Shown: positions 9,539 to 20,762, counted from the first letter of the stretch. The stretch: DNA of 42,454 bases from an uncultured Clostridia bacterium (GCA_947628845.1 CANRBK010000003.1:1-42454); one strand, 5' to 3'. Made by a program: numbers and translations. Notes: generated by a model from the sequence alone, not told the origin.

Positions 9539-10333
9539 ATGGGAGAAGTAATAGTAATAACATCAGGAAAAGGCGGAGTAGGAAAAACAACAACAACAGC
9601 AAATTTAGGTTCAAGTCTAGCTATAGAGGGAAAAAAGGTGTGCTTAGTTGATACAGATATAGGACTAAGAAATTTGGATGTCGTAATGGGATTAGAAAAT
9701 AGAATAGTATATGATATAGTTGATGTTGTGGAAGAAAGATGTAAATTAAGACAAGCATTAATAAAAGATAAGAGATTTAAAGAGTTATATCTACTACCAG
9801 CTGCCCAAACAAGAGATAAAAGTGCTGTAAACGAAGAACAAATGAAGGATTTAACAAAAAAATTAAAAGAAGAATTCGACTATATTCTTATAGATTGTCC
9901 AGCAGGGATAGAACAAGGATTTAAAAATGCAATTGCAGGAGCAGATCGTGCTATAGTAGTAACAACAGCAGAAATATCTGCTATAAGAGATGCCGATAGA
10001 ATAATTGGATTATTAGAATCATCAGAAATCAAAAATCCAGAATTGGTAATAAACAGAATAAGACCTAATATGGTAAAAAAAGGTGAAATGATGGATGTTG
10101 ATGATATAGTAGATTTACTATCTATTGATTTAATTGGTGTTGTACCAGATGATGAATATATAATAACACAAACTAATAAAGGTGAACCAGTAATTCAAAA
10201 CAAAAAAGCACCATCAGGAAAAGCATATATTGAAATAGCTAAAAGAGTATTAGGAGAAAAAATAGAAGTAACGATACCTGGAAGAAAAGAAATAGGATTT
10301 TTTGAAAAAATAAAAAATTTTTTTAAAAAATAG
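9539..10333 (+). CDS. minD: septum site-determining ATPase MinD
   Basis: SGKGGVGKTT, DTDIGLRNLD, IDCPAGIEQGF, C-terminal amphipathic helix; start moved to the ATG after SD AAGGAGG. Confidence 0.97.
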   Translation: MGEVIVITSGKGGVGKTTTTANLGSSLAIEGKKVCLVDTDIGLRNLDVVMGLENRIVYDIVDVVEERCKLRQALIKDKRFKELYLLPAAQTRDKSAVNEEQMKDLTKKLKEEFDYILIDCPAGIEQGFKNAIAGADRAIVVTTAEISAIRDADRIIGLLESSEIKNPELVINRIRPNMVKKGEMMDVDDIVDLLSIDLIGVVPDDEYIITQTNKGEPVIQNKKAPSGKAYIEIAKRVLGEKIEVTIPGRKEIGFFEKIKNFFKK

Positions 10334-10364
10334 TATCAATTAGATGTGGAGGGATAGGAGAGAA

Positions 10365-10961
10365 ATGTTTGAAAACATAATAAATTTCTTTAAAAAAATG
10401 AGCAAAAAAGAAACTAAAAAACAATCAAAAGAAAGTTCAAAAAATACTGCTAAAGAGAGATTGCATTTAGTATTGATGCAAGATAGAGCTAATGTTTCAG
10501 CAGACTTCCTAGAGCTAATGAAACAAGAAATAATTGATGTAATAAAAAAATATATAGAAATTGATGAAAAAGAAATTGATGTTAGATTAACAAACAAAGA
10601 AAATGAAGATGGCACAAATGGTGCTCCAGCTCTATATGCCAATATTCCTATTCTCAATATAAAAAATGATTCAAGAAATATAGGTAAAGAAGAACTAAAA
10701 AAAGAGGATAAAGAAGAAGATTCAGAAGTAATAGAAAATCAGGAACAACAAAAAGAAGAAGAAAAGCAAGAAGATATAAGTGAAGATTTAGAGATAGAAG
10801 GACAAGAAACACCTTATATAGAAGAACAAAATGAAGATCAACGTCAAGAAATAAAGCAAGATCAAAATCAAGAGAAAGAGCAAGAAATAAAACAAGAACA
10901 AACACAAAATAATAATCAAGAGAATAATACAGAGACAATAGAAACTAAACAAGAATATTAA
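10365..10961 (+). CDS. minE: MinE with a long acidic E/Q-rich C-terminal extension
   Basis: AKERLHLVLMQDR, KQEIIDVIKKY, ALYANIPI; follows minD. Confidence 0.9.
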   Translation: MFENIINFFKKMSKKETKKQSKESSKNTAKERLHLVLMQDRANVSADFLELMKQEIIDVIKKYIEIDEKEIDVRLTNKENEDGTNGAPALYANIPILNIKNDSRNIGKEELKKEDKEEDSEVIENQEQQKEEEKQEDISEDLEIEGQETPYIEEQNEDQRQEIKQDQNQEKEQEIKQEQTQNNNQENNTETIETKQEY

Positions 10962-10980
10962 AAGGAAAAAGAGTAATATA

Positions 10981-12088
10981 ATGAGAAAAAGAGAATTAAA
11001 AAATATGGAATGGGGATTGTTAATAGTTGCAATTATCTTATCAACGATAGGATTAATTGCACTATTTTCAGCTACTCAAGAAGCCGAATATGATGAATTT
11101 AAAAAGCAAATAATATGGTTTGTAACAAGTATAATAATGATGGTAATAGTTATGTTAATAAATTATGAAACATTAGTTAAGTTGTCACCAATTTTTTATG
11201 GTATATTTATTATATTACTAATAGCAGTATTATTCACTAAACCAGTAAATGGAGCTACAAGTTGGTTTGATATAGGAGCATTTTCATTTCAACCATCGGA
11301 ATTTGCTAAAATTGTAGTTATATTATTTTTAGCATATATAATATCTAAAATTCAAGAAAGATATGTAGAAGATATAAATAGACCAATAAAATTATTAATA
11401 ATATTAGTTGCAGTTGCATTACCATTATTATTGATAATTAAACAGCCAGATTTAGGAACAGCAATGGCATTTTGCGCAGCTCTTGCTATGATGCTATTTA
11501 CTGCAGGAATAGATAAAAAATATATATTTGGAGTAATAATTGTAGCAGTTATATCTATACCCATACTTTATAAATTTATATTGCCAGAACATGCTAAAAA
11601 AAGAATAGATATATTTTTAAATCCAGAATCAGACCCACGTGGAAGTGGATATAATATAATTCAATCTAAATTAGCTATAGGAGCAGGGCAATTAACAGGG
11701 ATGGGACTTTTAAAAGGGAATCAAACACAATTAGGATATTTATATCCTAAAACCACAGATTTTATATACTCTGTAATTAGTGAAGAAATGGGCTTTATAG
11801 TAGCTCGGTTTAATGATAATTTTATATGTATTTCTGGTAACAAAAGCTCTGTATATAGCAAAAACAGCTAAAGATAGTATAGGCTCACTAATAGCATCAG
11901 GAATAGCGGGAATATTTTTATTTCACATGACAGAAAACATAGGTATGGTAATGGGATTATTGCCAATTACAGGAGTACCTCTATTACTTATTAGCTATGG
12001 AGGAAGCTCAATGATTACAAGTTATTTATTAATAGGAATTTTATTAAATATTAGTAGTAAAAGACAAAAAACTATATTTGTAAGATAA
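10981..12088 (+). CDS. rodA: rod shape-determining protein RodA (SEDS), split by a +1 frameshift at CGG 11806-11808; 368 aa when joined
   Basis: FQPSEFAK, KQPDLGT, GYNIIQSKLAIG, TDFIYSVISEEMGF in frame 1; NIGMVMGLLPITGVPL..ISYGGSS in the +1 frame. Confidence 0.92.
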
Positions 12089-12099
12089 AAGAGGTAATA

Positions 12100-13068
12100 A
12101 TGTATTTAAAGAGACTAAAAATACAAAATATGGAATTAGAAAATAATTTAATATTAGCTCCAATGGCAGGTGTAACAGACTTGCCTTTTCGCGTTATATG
12201 TAAAGAATTTGGACCAGGGCTAGTTTGTACAGAAATGGTAAGTAGTAAAGCAATATTTTATAATGATTCAAAAACAAAATTGCTGATGAATACGCGAGGA
12301 GAAAAAAGGCCTATAAGTATGCAAATATTTGGCAGTGATGAAGAAACTATCGGATATGCTAGCAAATATGTAAGTCAATTAGCAGATATTGTAGATATAA
12401 ATATGGGATGTCCAGCGCCTAAAGTTGTAAAAAATGGAGATGGTAGCAAATTATTACTAGATATAGAAAAAGCAGAAAGAATAATAAAATCAGTAGTAAA
12501 AAATTCTGATAAGCCTGTAACATTAAAATTGAGAAAAGGATGGGATTTAAATAATGTTGTAGCTGTGGAATTTGCGAGAATGGCAGAAAATGCAGGAATA
12601 TCAGCAATAACTATTCATGGTAGAACAAGAAGTGAAATGTATTCAGGAAAAGTTGATTTAGAAATAATTAAAAAAGTAAAAGAAAGTGTGAAAATTCCTG
12701 TAATAGGAAATGGTGATATAACAGACGAAGAATCTGCACTAAAGATGTTTGAATATACAGGGGTAGATGGAATTATGATAGGTAGAGGGGCATTTGGAAA
12801 CCCTTGGATATTCAAAAAAATAAAATACTTTTTAGAAACAGGAGAAAAATTACCTGAAATATCAAAGGAAGAAAAATTAAGAATTATAAAAAAACATATA
12901 GAATTAGAGTTACAAGAAAAAGAAGAAATTACAGCAATAAGAGAAATGAGAAAGCATATAGCTTGGTATACAAAAAATATGCCTAATTCAAGTGAATTTA
13001 GGAACGAGATAAATAAAATAGAAGATAAAAATGAGTTATTAAGAATAGTAGAGAAATTTTTTGTATAA
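12100..13068 (+). CDS. dusB: tRNA dihydrouridine synthase DusB
   Basis: LAPMAGVTD, DINMGCP, IHGRTR, IGNGDI, GIMIGRG. Confidence 0.95.
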   Translation: MYLKRLKIQNMELENNLILAPMAGVTDLPFRVICKEFGPGLVCTEMVSSKAIFYNDSKTKLLMNTRGEKRPISMQIFGSDEETIGYASKYVSQLADIVDINMGCPAPKVVKNGDGSKLLLDIEKAERIIKSVVKNSDKPVTLKLRKGWDLNNVVAVEFARMAENAGISAITIHGRTRSEMYSGKVDLEIIKKVKESVKIPVIGNGDITDEESALKMFEYTGVDGIMIGRGAFGNPWIFKKIKYFLETGEKLPEISKEEKLRIIKKHIELELQEKEEITAIREMRKHIAWYTKNMPNSSEFRNEINKIEDKNELLRIVEKFFV

Positions 13069-13137
13069 AATATAGTAGTAAAACAAGAAAAGCCGAATAA
13101 AAATTAAGTAAGAATAATTTTTAGGAGGCTTTTTTAA

Positions 13138-13809
13138 ATGTCAAATAATAATTTTAATAACAAAAAATTACATTCACACAATCAAAAACAAAATATAAAC
13201 CTAAGAAAAGTAATTATAATCTTAGTCATTGTAGTACTTTTAATAACTTTAATAATATTTTTTATAAAAAACAATAATAATACGGCTAAAACTTCAAAAA
13301 TTGGAAATAATAGTACTAGTCAAGAAATTGTAAATTATATTTTAAATATTAGTTCATATGAAGCAAATATAGAAGTAGAAGTAAAGACAAACAAAAATAC
13401 TAATAAATACAAGATAAAACAAAAATACATAAGTAAAGAAAATAATATGCAAGAAGTATTAGAACCAAGTAATATTCAAGGAGTGAAAATCGTAAAAGAA
13501 GGAAATAATTTAAGAATAGAAAATACCAAATTAAGTTTAACAAAAATAATAGAGGATTATAAAGATATATCTCAAAATAATTTAGATTTAATCAATTTTC
13601 TAGAAAATTATAAAAATAATTCAAATTCAAAATTTAAAGAACAAAATGATCAAATAATAATGGAAACAATAGCAAAAACAGAGAATAATTATCAGAAATA
13701 TGAAACATTATATGTATCAAGAGAAAATGCAGAACCTATAAAGATGGAGATAAAAGATACTAACCAAAATACAATAATTAACATAATATATAATGAGATA
13801 GATATATAA
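13138..13809 (+). CDS. membrane-anchored LolA/GerS-like protein
   Basis: N-terminal TM; ISSYEANIEV...NTNKYKIKQ...EVLEP pattern; location upstream of ndoA as in other clostridia. Confidence 0.55.
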   Translation: MSNNNFNNKKLHSHNQKQNINLRKVIIILVIVVLLITLIIFFIKNNNNTAKTSKIGNNSTSQEIVNYILNISSYEANIEVEVKTNKNTNKYKIKQKYISKENNMQEVLEPSNIQGVKIVKEGNNLRIENTKLSLTKIIEDYKDISQNNLDLINFLENYKNNSNSKFKEQNDQIIMETIAKTENNYQKYETLYVSRENAEPIKMEIKDTNQNTIINIIYNEIDI

Positions 13810-13874
13810 TTTATCTTTGCAACTAATATAAAAAAATACAGACTTGACACATACTAATATTAGGAGTGAATAAT

Positions 13875-14225
13875 ATGATAATAAAAAGAGGAGATATGTT
13901 TTATGCTGATTTAAGCCCAGTAGTAGGTTCAGAACAAGGAGGAATACGACCAGTTTTGATAATACAAAATGATATGGGTAATAAATATAGCCCAACAGTA
14001 ATAGCTGCAGCAATAACATCACAGACTAATAAAACAAAACTACCAACACATATAGAAATAAATTCAGAAGAATGTGGATTAAAAAATGATTCTGTAGTTT
14101 TAGCAGAGCAAATAAGAACAATAGATAAAAGTAGATTAAAAGAAAAAATAGGGCACATACAAGATGAACAAATTATAAATAAGATAAATAATGCACTAGG
14201 AGTAAGTTTTGGTTTAGAAGAATAA
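13875..14225 (+). CDS. mazF: PemK/MazF family endoribonuclease (NdoA-like)
   Basis: [45 protein letters not shown]; SD AGGAG 13862-13866. Confidence 0.95.
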   Translation: MIIKRGDMFYADLSPVVGSEQGGIRPVLIIQNDMGNKYSPTVIAAAITSQTNKTKLPTHIEINSEECGLKNDSVVLAEQIRTIDKSRLKEKIGHIQDEQIINKINNALGVSFGLEE

Positions 14226-14231
14226 TAATTA

Positions 14232-14275
14232 AAAGTTGCCAAACAGGTAAATTATATACCGATTTGGCAATTTTC
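14232..14275. terminator. bidirectional terminator
   Basis: TTGCCAAA...TTTGGCAA stem between convergent genes. Confidence 0.7.
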
Positions 14276-14288
14276 TTATAGTATAAAA

Positions 14289-15227
14289 TTACACTTTTAA
14301 TTTTTTTATTTCTTTAATTTCTTTGAATAGTTGTTTAATATGAGCATTTTGAGTAACAACAACATTTCTATAAGAATTTAAAATTTTAGCATAATTGTCA
14401 ATAGTTTCTTCACCAGTAAGTAGATATTTCATACCATTAAGATAATATTCTTGCTTATTTTTGCTTTTTGCAGAAAGTCTTTTTTTATCATATTTTTCAA
14501 CTTCTTCAAGTCTTTGAATAACAGGCTTTAAATCTTTTATATAATCCATAATACAAGATATTTCATACTCTGTATCATCAATAACAACTTTTATTAAAGC
14601 TTTTATAATAATAGGATTAGTTTTTCCTATTTTTTTATTTTTTACTGGAACTTTATATGTTTCAGGATTTTTAATAGGATGGCATTCATCTATTAAAATT
14701 TTTAAAGTATCAACAATATTTACGTGTGATTTATATTGTCTTTTACTAACAATAGCATCATACTCATCAGCTACTCTAATAATTTGGCCTTCATAAGGAA
14801 TATCTTTTTTTTCTAAAGCGTTAGGATAGCCAGTACCATTTAAAGCCTCATGATGGTAAAGTGTTCCTGCTGCATAAGGCCTTAATTTTAAATCATCCAT
14901 ACATATTTTATGACCAATAGTGGTATGTTTTTTCATAATTTCATATTCTTCATCAGTTAAAGGACCATTTTTTTGTAAAATATGTGGTGGTATAAATTGC
15001 TTACCAATATCATGTAAATATGCACAAATTGTACAATATTCAGTAAAGCTTTTAGAGCAATGAAGATATTCACAAATTCTACAAACTACAGAGGCAACAT
15101 TTTCAGAATGCTTTCTAGTAAAGATATCTAAGCTTCCTAAAATATTTAATTGATATTGCATATTTTTATCTAAATTATAAGATTTTAAACTAGTTCTATC
15201 ATAAAAATCAAAAATTTCTTTCGGCAT
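14289..15227 (-). CDS. HD-GYP domain phosphohydrolase
   Basis: HSENVA, LHDIGK, HHEALNGTGYP, VADEYDA; SD AAGGAG before ATG 15227. Confidence 0.9.
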   Translation of the reverse strand: MPKEIFDFYDRTSLKSYNLDKNMQYQLNILGSLDIFTRKHSENVASVVCRICEYLHCSKSFTEYCTICAYLHDIGKQFIPPHILQKNGPLTDEEYEIMKKHTTIGHKICMDDLKLRPYAAGTLYHHEALNGTGYPNALEKKDIPYEGQIIRVADEYDAIVSKRQYKSHVNIVDTLKILIDECHPIKNPETYKVPVKNKKIGKTNPIIIKALIKVVIDDTEYEISCIMDYIKDLKPVIQRLEEVEKYDKKRLSAKSKNKQEYYLNGMKYLLTGEETIDNYAKILNSYRNVVVTQNAHIKQLFKEIKEIKKLKV

Positions 15228-15408
15228 GTTCAATCTCCTTTATTTTTTAATATCTACATTAATAAAATTTTAACATAAAGAATAGATAACTGCAATAAAA
15301 AAGATAATAATAAAAGAAAATTAATTAATAGTTTTTAAAATTAAAATTTGTAAAAAGGCAAAAAATGTGCTAAAATATAAAGCAAATAAAAATTTTGGAG
15401 GAAGAATA

Positions 15409-17154
15409 ATGTATAGAACAAAAACATGTGGAGAATTAAATATATCAAATGTAAATGAAGAAATAGAACTTGCTGGCTGGATACAAAAAATAAGAGATTT
15501 AGGAGCAATGGTATTTATAGATTTAAGAGACCAATTTGGAATAACTCAAATTGTAATAAATGACGAAGAATTGCAAAAACAAGCCAAAGAGCTTACAACT
15601 GAAAGTTGTATCCACATATCTGGAAAAGTTGTGGAAAGAAGTAACAAAAATACGAAAATTCCAACAGGAGAAATAGAAGTAATAGCAAATAAAATAGAAG
15701 TATTAGGAAAATGTAAAAATGTACTTCCATTTGAAGTAAATACAGAGCAAGAAGTAAGAGAAGATTTAAGATTAGAATATAGATTTTTAAACTTAAGGAA
15801 TGAGAAACTACATAATAATATATTACTTCGTTCAAAAATACTAAAAACCTTAAGGGACAAAATGGATGAATTAGGATTTGCAGAAATTCAAACACCAATT
15901 TTAGCAAACTCATCACCAGAAGGTGCAAGAGATTATTTAGTACCAAGTAGATTAAACCCAGGAGAATTTTATGCTTTACCACAAGCACCACAACAATTTA
16001 AGCAACTATTGATGGTAGGAGGATTTGATAAATATTTTCAAATAGCACCATGTTTTAGAGATGAAGATCCAAGAGCAGACAGAGCACCAGGAGAATTTTA
16101 TCAATTAGATTTTGAGATGAGCTTTGCTACACAAGAGGATGTATTTAAAGTAATAGAAGAAGTTATACCATATACATTTGAAAAATTTACTAATTGGAAA
16201 GTAGATAAAGGACCATTTTTAAGAATTCCATATAAAGAAGCTATGGAAAAATACGGAATTGATAAGCCAGATTTAAGAAATCCATTAATAATACAAGATG
16301 TTACAAAATGTTTTGAAATCTCGGAATTCAAAGCATTTGAAGGAAAAACAATAAAAGCAATAATTGTTCCAAATGGAGCAGAACAAGGAAGAAAATTCTT
16401 TGACAAAATGACAGAATTTGCAATAGAAGAAGCAGGAGCAAAAGGATTAGCATGGACAAAATATGAACAATCAGGAGAAATTACAGGAGGAATTGCAAAG
16501 TTTATAACAGAAGAAATAAAAGAAAAATTAGAAAATGAATACGGAATGACTAAAAACTCAAGTATTTTCTTTATAGCTGATGAATTTAAAACAGCACAAA
16601 AAATAGCAGGCTTAGTAAGAATAGAATTAGGAAAAAGATTAGATTTACTAGAGAAAAATGTATATAGATTTTGCCATATAGTAGACTTTCCTATGTATGA
16701 ATTATCAGACGAAGGAACAATAGACTTTAATCATAATCCGTTTTCAATGCCACAAGGTGGAATGGAGAGCTTAGAGACAAAAGACCCATTAGATATAGTA
16801 GCATATCAATATGATTTAGTATGTAATGGATATGAAATGTCATCTGGAGCAGTAAGAAATCATAATCCAGAGATAATGGTTAAAGCATTTGAAATAGCAG
16901 GATATAAAGAAGATGATGTAAAAGAAAGATTCGGTGCATTATATAACGCATTTCAATATGGAACACCACCACATGCAGGTGCAGCACCTGGTGTTGACAG
17001 AATGGTAATGCTAATTGAAGATTCTCAAAATATAAGAGAAGTAATAGCATTTCCAAAAAATAAAAGAGCAAGAGACCTTCTTATGAGAGCGCCATCAAGA
17101 GTTTCAGAGCAACAATTAAAAGATGTACATATACAACTTAGAGAAATAAAATAA
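15409..17154 (+). CDS. aspS: aspartate--tRNA ligase
   Basis: MYRTKTCGEL, PEGARDYLVP, LPQAPQQFKQLLM, CFRDED.RADR, GTPPHAG. Confidence 0.98.
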   Translation: MYRTKTCGELNISNVNEEIELAGWIQKIRDLGAMVFIDLRDQFGITQIVINDEELQKQAKELTTESCIHISGKVVERSNKNTKIPTGEIEVIANKIEVLGKCKNVLPFEVNTEQEVREDLRLEYRFLNLRNEKLHNNILLRSKILKTLRDKMDELGFAEIQTPILANSSPEGARDYLVPSRLNPGEFYALPQAPQQFKQLLMVGGFDKYFQIAPCFRDEDPRADRAPGEFYQLDFEMSFATQEDVFKVIEEVIPYTFEKFTNWKVDKGPFLRIPYKEAMEKYGIDKPDLRNPLIIQDVTKCFEISEFKAFEGKTIKAIIVPNGAEQGRKFFDKMTEFAIEEAGAKGLAWTKYEQSGEITGGIAKFITEEIKEKLENEYGMTKNSSIFFIADEFKTAQKIAGLVRIELGKRLDLLEKNVYRFCHIVDFPMYELSDEGTIDFNHNPFSMPQGGMESLETKDPLDIVAYQYDLVCNGYEMSSGAVRNHNPEIMVKAFEIAGYKEDDVKERFGALYNAFQYGTPPHAGAAPGVDRMVMLIEDSQNIREVIAFPKNKRARDLLMRAPSRVSEQQLKDVHIQLREIK

Positions 17155-17197
17155 TATAAGGGAGAAATGAAATTTAACTTCATTTTCTCCCTTATTA
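17155..17197. terminator. bidirectional terminator
   Basis: ATAAGGGAGAAA...TTTCTCCCTTAT stem between convergent aspS and the XRE gene. Confidence 0.7.
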
Positions 17198-17255
17198 TAT
17201 TATAGGAAAATTTTCTGAATTTCCTATAATATAAAGTATTCCAAAAATTATATAG

Positions 17256-17630
17256 TTAAGCTGAGAGAATAAAATCTTTATTAGCTAATAGTAATTTCTT
17301 TATTAATTCAATTTGAGCTTTTGATAAACGAGAGTTATTTTCTAAACAATAAAGTTTACCAATTGAAATTGCAATATCTAAGTCTGGATCTTCGCGTGTA
17401 TTGTTAGAAGCTTTATCTTCTGATAGACCGAGTAAATAGTCTAATGATACTTTAAAAACAGAAGCAATTTTAGTAAGGACATCAAGGCGAGGTATTCTTT
17501 CACAAGTTAAATATCTACATATAGTAACATTTGATGTTCCAATTTTCTTTGCTAGTTGAGTTTGAGACATATTATTTTCATCTAATAAAACAGTTAACCT
17601 ATAACTAAATTTTTCTATATCGAAATTCAT
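17256..17630 (-). CDS. XRE-family HTH transcriptional regulator
   Basis: MSQTQLAKKIG...RIPRLDVLTKIASVFKVSLDYLLG. Confidence 0.9.
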   Translation of the reverse strand: MNFDIEKFSYRLTVLLDENNMSQTQLAKKIGTSNVTICRYLTCERIPRLDVLTKIASVFKVSLDYLLGLSEDKASNNTREDPDLDIAISIGKLYCLENNSRLSKAQIELIKKLLLANKDFILSA

Positions 17631-17796
17631 AGAAACCTCCTATATCAAATATTATAGAACTATAACTAATAAGTTCCACAATATTTTGCCAAAATTATAA
17701 TAAATTAAAAATATTAACCAATTGGCAAATAATAGGATAAAAATAGCAAAATAAAATAGAAAATACAACACACTAAGTATGAACTATTTTTGATAA

Positions 17797-17846
17797 AAAA
17801 ACTAAGATATTCTAATAATAATTTTTATTAAAATATCTTAGTTTTA
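17797..17846 (-). terminator. terminator of the transglycosylase gene
   Basis: AAAACTAAGATATT...AATATCTTAGTTTT inverted repeat; A-run on the left becomes a U-run on the minus strand. Confidence 0.6.
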
Positions 17847-17854
17847 GCTTTAAA

Positions 17855-18547
17855 TTATTTAACAGATAAAGATTCTTCCTTAGTAATGTAACCATATTCA
17901 AGCATCTTATTTAAGACATGATATTGACGACTTTTGGCCAAATCCGGATTTACAGATGGGGAATAAACAGAAGGAGCATTTGGAATACCAGCAAGCATAG
18001 ATGCTTCATCCAAATTTAAATCATTAGGAGATTTATTATAATATCCTTTGCTTGCTTCGGAAATTCCATAATATCCATCACCGAAATAAGCAGTGTTTAC
18101 ATATATTTCAAATATCTGTTTTTTAGTATAATTTTTTTCTAAATCATAAGCAGCAAAAATTTCTGCAACTTTTCGTACCCAAGATTTTTCTTGAGAGAGC
18201 ACAATATTTTTGGCAACTTGTTGAGTTATTGTACTTCCACCTTCTCTAAATTCTTTATTTTTTATATTAGTAAAAATAGCTCGCCCAATTGATATAAAAT
18301 CTACTGGACCATGATCGTAAAATCTATGGTCTTCAACACTTATTACTGCATTTCTATAATAAGATGACATATTTTCAAATTTAATAAAGTTTTCTTTACT
18401 TGTAATTTCCTCTACTCTAGTAATCAAAGGTTTTTCTTTTAATGCTTTCGTATAATAAGAATGACCAATTAAAAATATTATGGAACAAAATAAAATTATT
18501 AGTAATAGTATTGCGAAAAGTAATCTTCTAATAAATTTCATAACCAA
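17855..18547 (-). CDS. monofunctional peptidoglycan transglycosylase (GT51)
   Basis: EDHRFYDH, GGSTITQQVAKN, RKVAE, YVNTAYFG; no transpeptidase domain; start may be ATG 18541. Confidence 0.9.
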   Translation of the reverse strand: MVMKFIRRLLFAILLLIILFCSIIFLIGHSYYTKALKEKPLITRVEEITSKENFIKFENMSSYYRNAVISVEDHRFYDHGPVDFISIGRAIFTNIKNKEFREGGSTITQQVAKNIVLSQEKSWVRKVAEIFAAYDLEKNYTKKQIFEIYVNTAYFGDGYYGISEASKGYYNKSPNDLNLDEASMLAGIPNAPSVYSPSVNPDLAKSRQYHVLNKMLEYGYITKEESLSVK

Positions 18548-18686
18548 TCATCCTCCTTTGTATATGCATATTATACAATAAAATTAACAAAAAAGAAACA
18601 AATTATAACAAAAATAAATATACTATATTATAAAAAATAAAGATATAACTATATTTTATTTGAAATAAACCTAAAGGAGTGAATAT

Positions 18687-19535
18687 ATGTTGAAATTCAC
18701 AAAAATGCAAGGATTAGGAAATGATTATATTTATATTGATGCAATAAATCAGAATATAAAAAATGAAAAAGAACTTGCAAGATTCGTTAGTAATAGACAC
18801 TTTGGAATTGGCGGAGATGGCTTGATTCTTATATGTAAAAGTGATATTGCTGATTTTAAAATGAGGATGTTTAACGCAGATGGAACAGAAGCAGAGATGT
18901 GTGGAAATGGGATTAGATGTGTTGGAAAGTTTGTATATGACAAAGGACTTACCAATAAAATAACAATAAAAGTTGAAACACTAGCGGGAATTAAAATATT
19001 GACTTTAAATATAAAGGATAAAAAAGTACATACAATAAAAGTCGATATGGGAGAGCCTATTTTTAAACCAGAGATGATACCAGTATTAGCAGACGAAAAT
19101 CCTGTTAAAAATTTAAAATTAAAAGTAGGAGAAAAAGAATTTACATTTACATCTGTATCTATGGGAAACCCACATGCTGTTACTATTGTAAAAGATATTG
19201 AGAAATTTGATGTAGAAAAATATGGCAAAGTATTAGAGATTGATAAGGTGTTCCCTAATAAATGTAATATAGAATTTATACAAATTATAGATAAAAAAAA
19301 TGTAAAAATGAGAGTTTGGGAAAGAGGAACAGGAGAAACATTAGCATGTGGAACTGGTGCATGCGCTACAGCAGTTGCTTGTATATTGAACCAATTAACG
19401 GAAAGTAAAGTAAATATACAATTACAAGGCGGAATATTAGAAATAGAGTGGAATAAAAAAGATAATCATGTATATATGACAGGACCGGCTGTAACCATAT
19501 GTGATGGAGAAATTTATAAGGAGGATATGGAATGA
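18687..19535 (+). CDS. dapF: diaminopimelate epimerase
   Basis: [39 protein letters not shown]. Confidence 0.97.
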   Translation: MLKFTKMQGLGNDYIYIDAINQNIKNEKELARFVSNRHFGIGGDGLILICKSDIADFKMRMFNADGTEAEMCGNGIRCVGKFVYDKGLTNKITIKVETLAGIKILTLNIKDKKVHTIKVDMGEPIFKPEMIPVLADENPVKNLKLKVGEKEFTFTSVSMGNPHAVTIVKDIEKFDVEKYGKVLEIDKVFPNKCNIEFIQIIDKKNVKMRVWERGTGETLACGTGACATAVACILNQLTESKVNIQLQGGILEIEWNKKDNHVYMTGPAVTICDGEIYKEDME

Positions 19536-20762
19536 GTTATATAAATGAAAATTTTTTAAAGTTACAAGATAACTATTTATTTTCTACAATAGCAAAAAAA
19601 GTAGATAAATTTACCAGAGAAAATCCAGAAAAAAATATAATAAAATTAGGAATAGGAGATGTAACAAAGCCGATAGTCCCAGCATGTATACAAGCTATGC
19701 AAAAAGCAGTAACAGAAATGGGTACGCAGATAGGCTTTAAAGGATATGGACCAGAACAAGGATATGAATTTTTGAGAAAAGCAATAGTTGAAAAGGACTA
19801 TAAACAAAGAGGAATAGAGTTATCTGTAGACGAAATATTTGTTTCAGATGGTGCAAAGTGTGATTCACGGAAATATAGTTGATATATTTAGTAATAGTAA
19901 TAAAGTAGCAATCACAGATCCTGTATACCCAGTGTATTTAGATACAAATGTTATGGCAGGAAGAAGCGGAAGATATAATAAGGAAAAAAGAAAATATGAA
20001 AATATAGTATATTTGCCAGTAACAGCAGAAAATGATTTTAAACCAGAATTACCAAAAGAAAAAGTAGATTTAATATATTTATGTTTTCCAAACAATCCTA
20101 CTGGTACAACATTAGACAAAATAGAATTAAAAAAATGGATAGATTATGCTAAAGAAAACAAATCAATAATTTTATATGATGCTGCTTATGAAGCATTTAT
20201 TACAGAAAAAGATATTCCTCATAGTATATATGAAATAGAAGGAGCGCAAAACGTAGCAATAGAATTTAAAAGTTATTCAAAAACAGCAGGATTTACTGGT
20301 ATTAGGTGTGGATATGTTGTAATTCCAAAAGAGGTAAAAGGGCTAGATAAAAATGGAAATGAGACTAGCTTAAACACGTTGTGGAATAGAAGAACTTGTA
20401 CAAAATTTAATGGGGTATCATATATAACTCAAAGAGCAGCAGAAGCAATATACACAGAAGAAGGAAAGAGACAGATAGAGGAAAATATTAAATATTACTT
20501 GGAAAATGCAAAGATTATAAAAAAAGGGCTAGAAGAAATAGGATATATGGTATATGGAGGTATTAACTCACCTTATATTTGGTTAAAAATTCCAAAAGGA
20601 ATCACATCATGGGAATTTTTTGATGAATTATTAGAGAAAGCAAATGTTGTTGGAACACCAGGCAGTGGATTTGGATTAAGTGGAGAGGGATATTTTAGAT
20701 TAACTGCTTTTAATACTAGAGAAAATACTATTGAAGCAATCGAAAGAATGAAGAAAATGTAG
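19532..20762 (+). CDS. dapL: LL-diaminopimelate aminotransferase, split by a +1 frameshift at CGG 19868-19870; 409 aa when joined
   Basis: YLF, LGIGDVT, GYGPEQG, SDGAKCD in the first frame; [34 protein letters not shown] in the +1 frame; overlaps the dapF stop. Confidence 0.95.

Noticed and set aside
10981-20762. rodA and dapL as pseudogenes or as four separate genes
   Set aside because: Each has a single lesion of identical type, full-length products on joining, and no convincing SD at the downstream ATGs.
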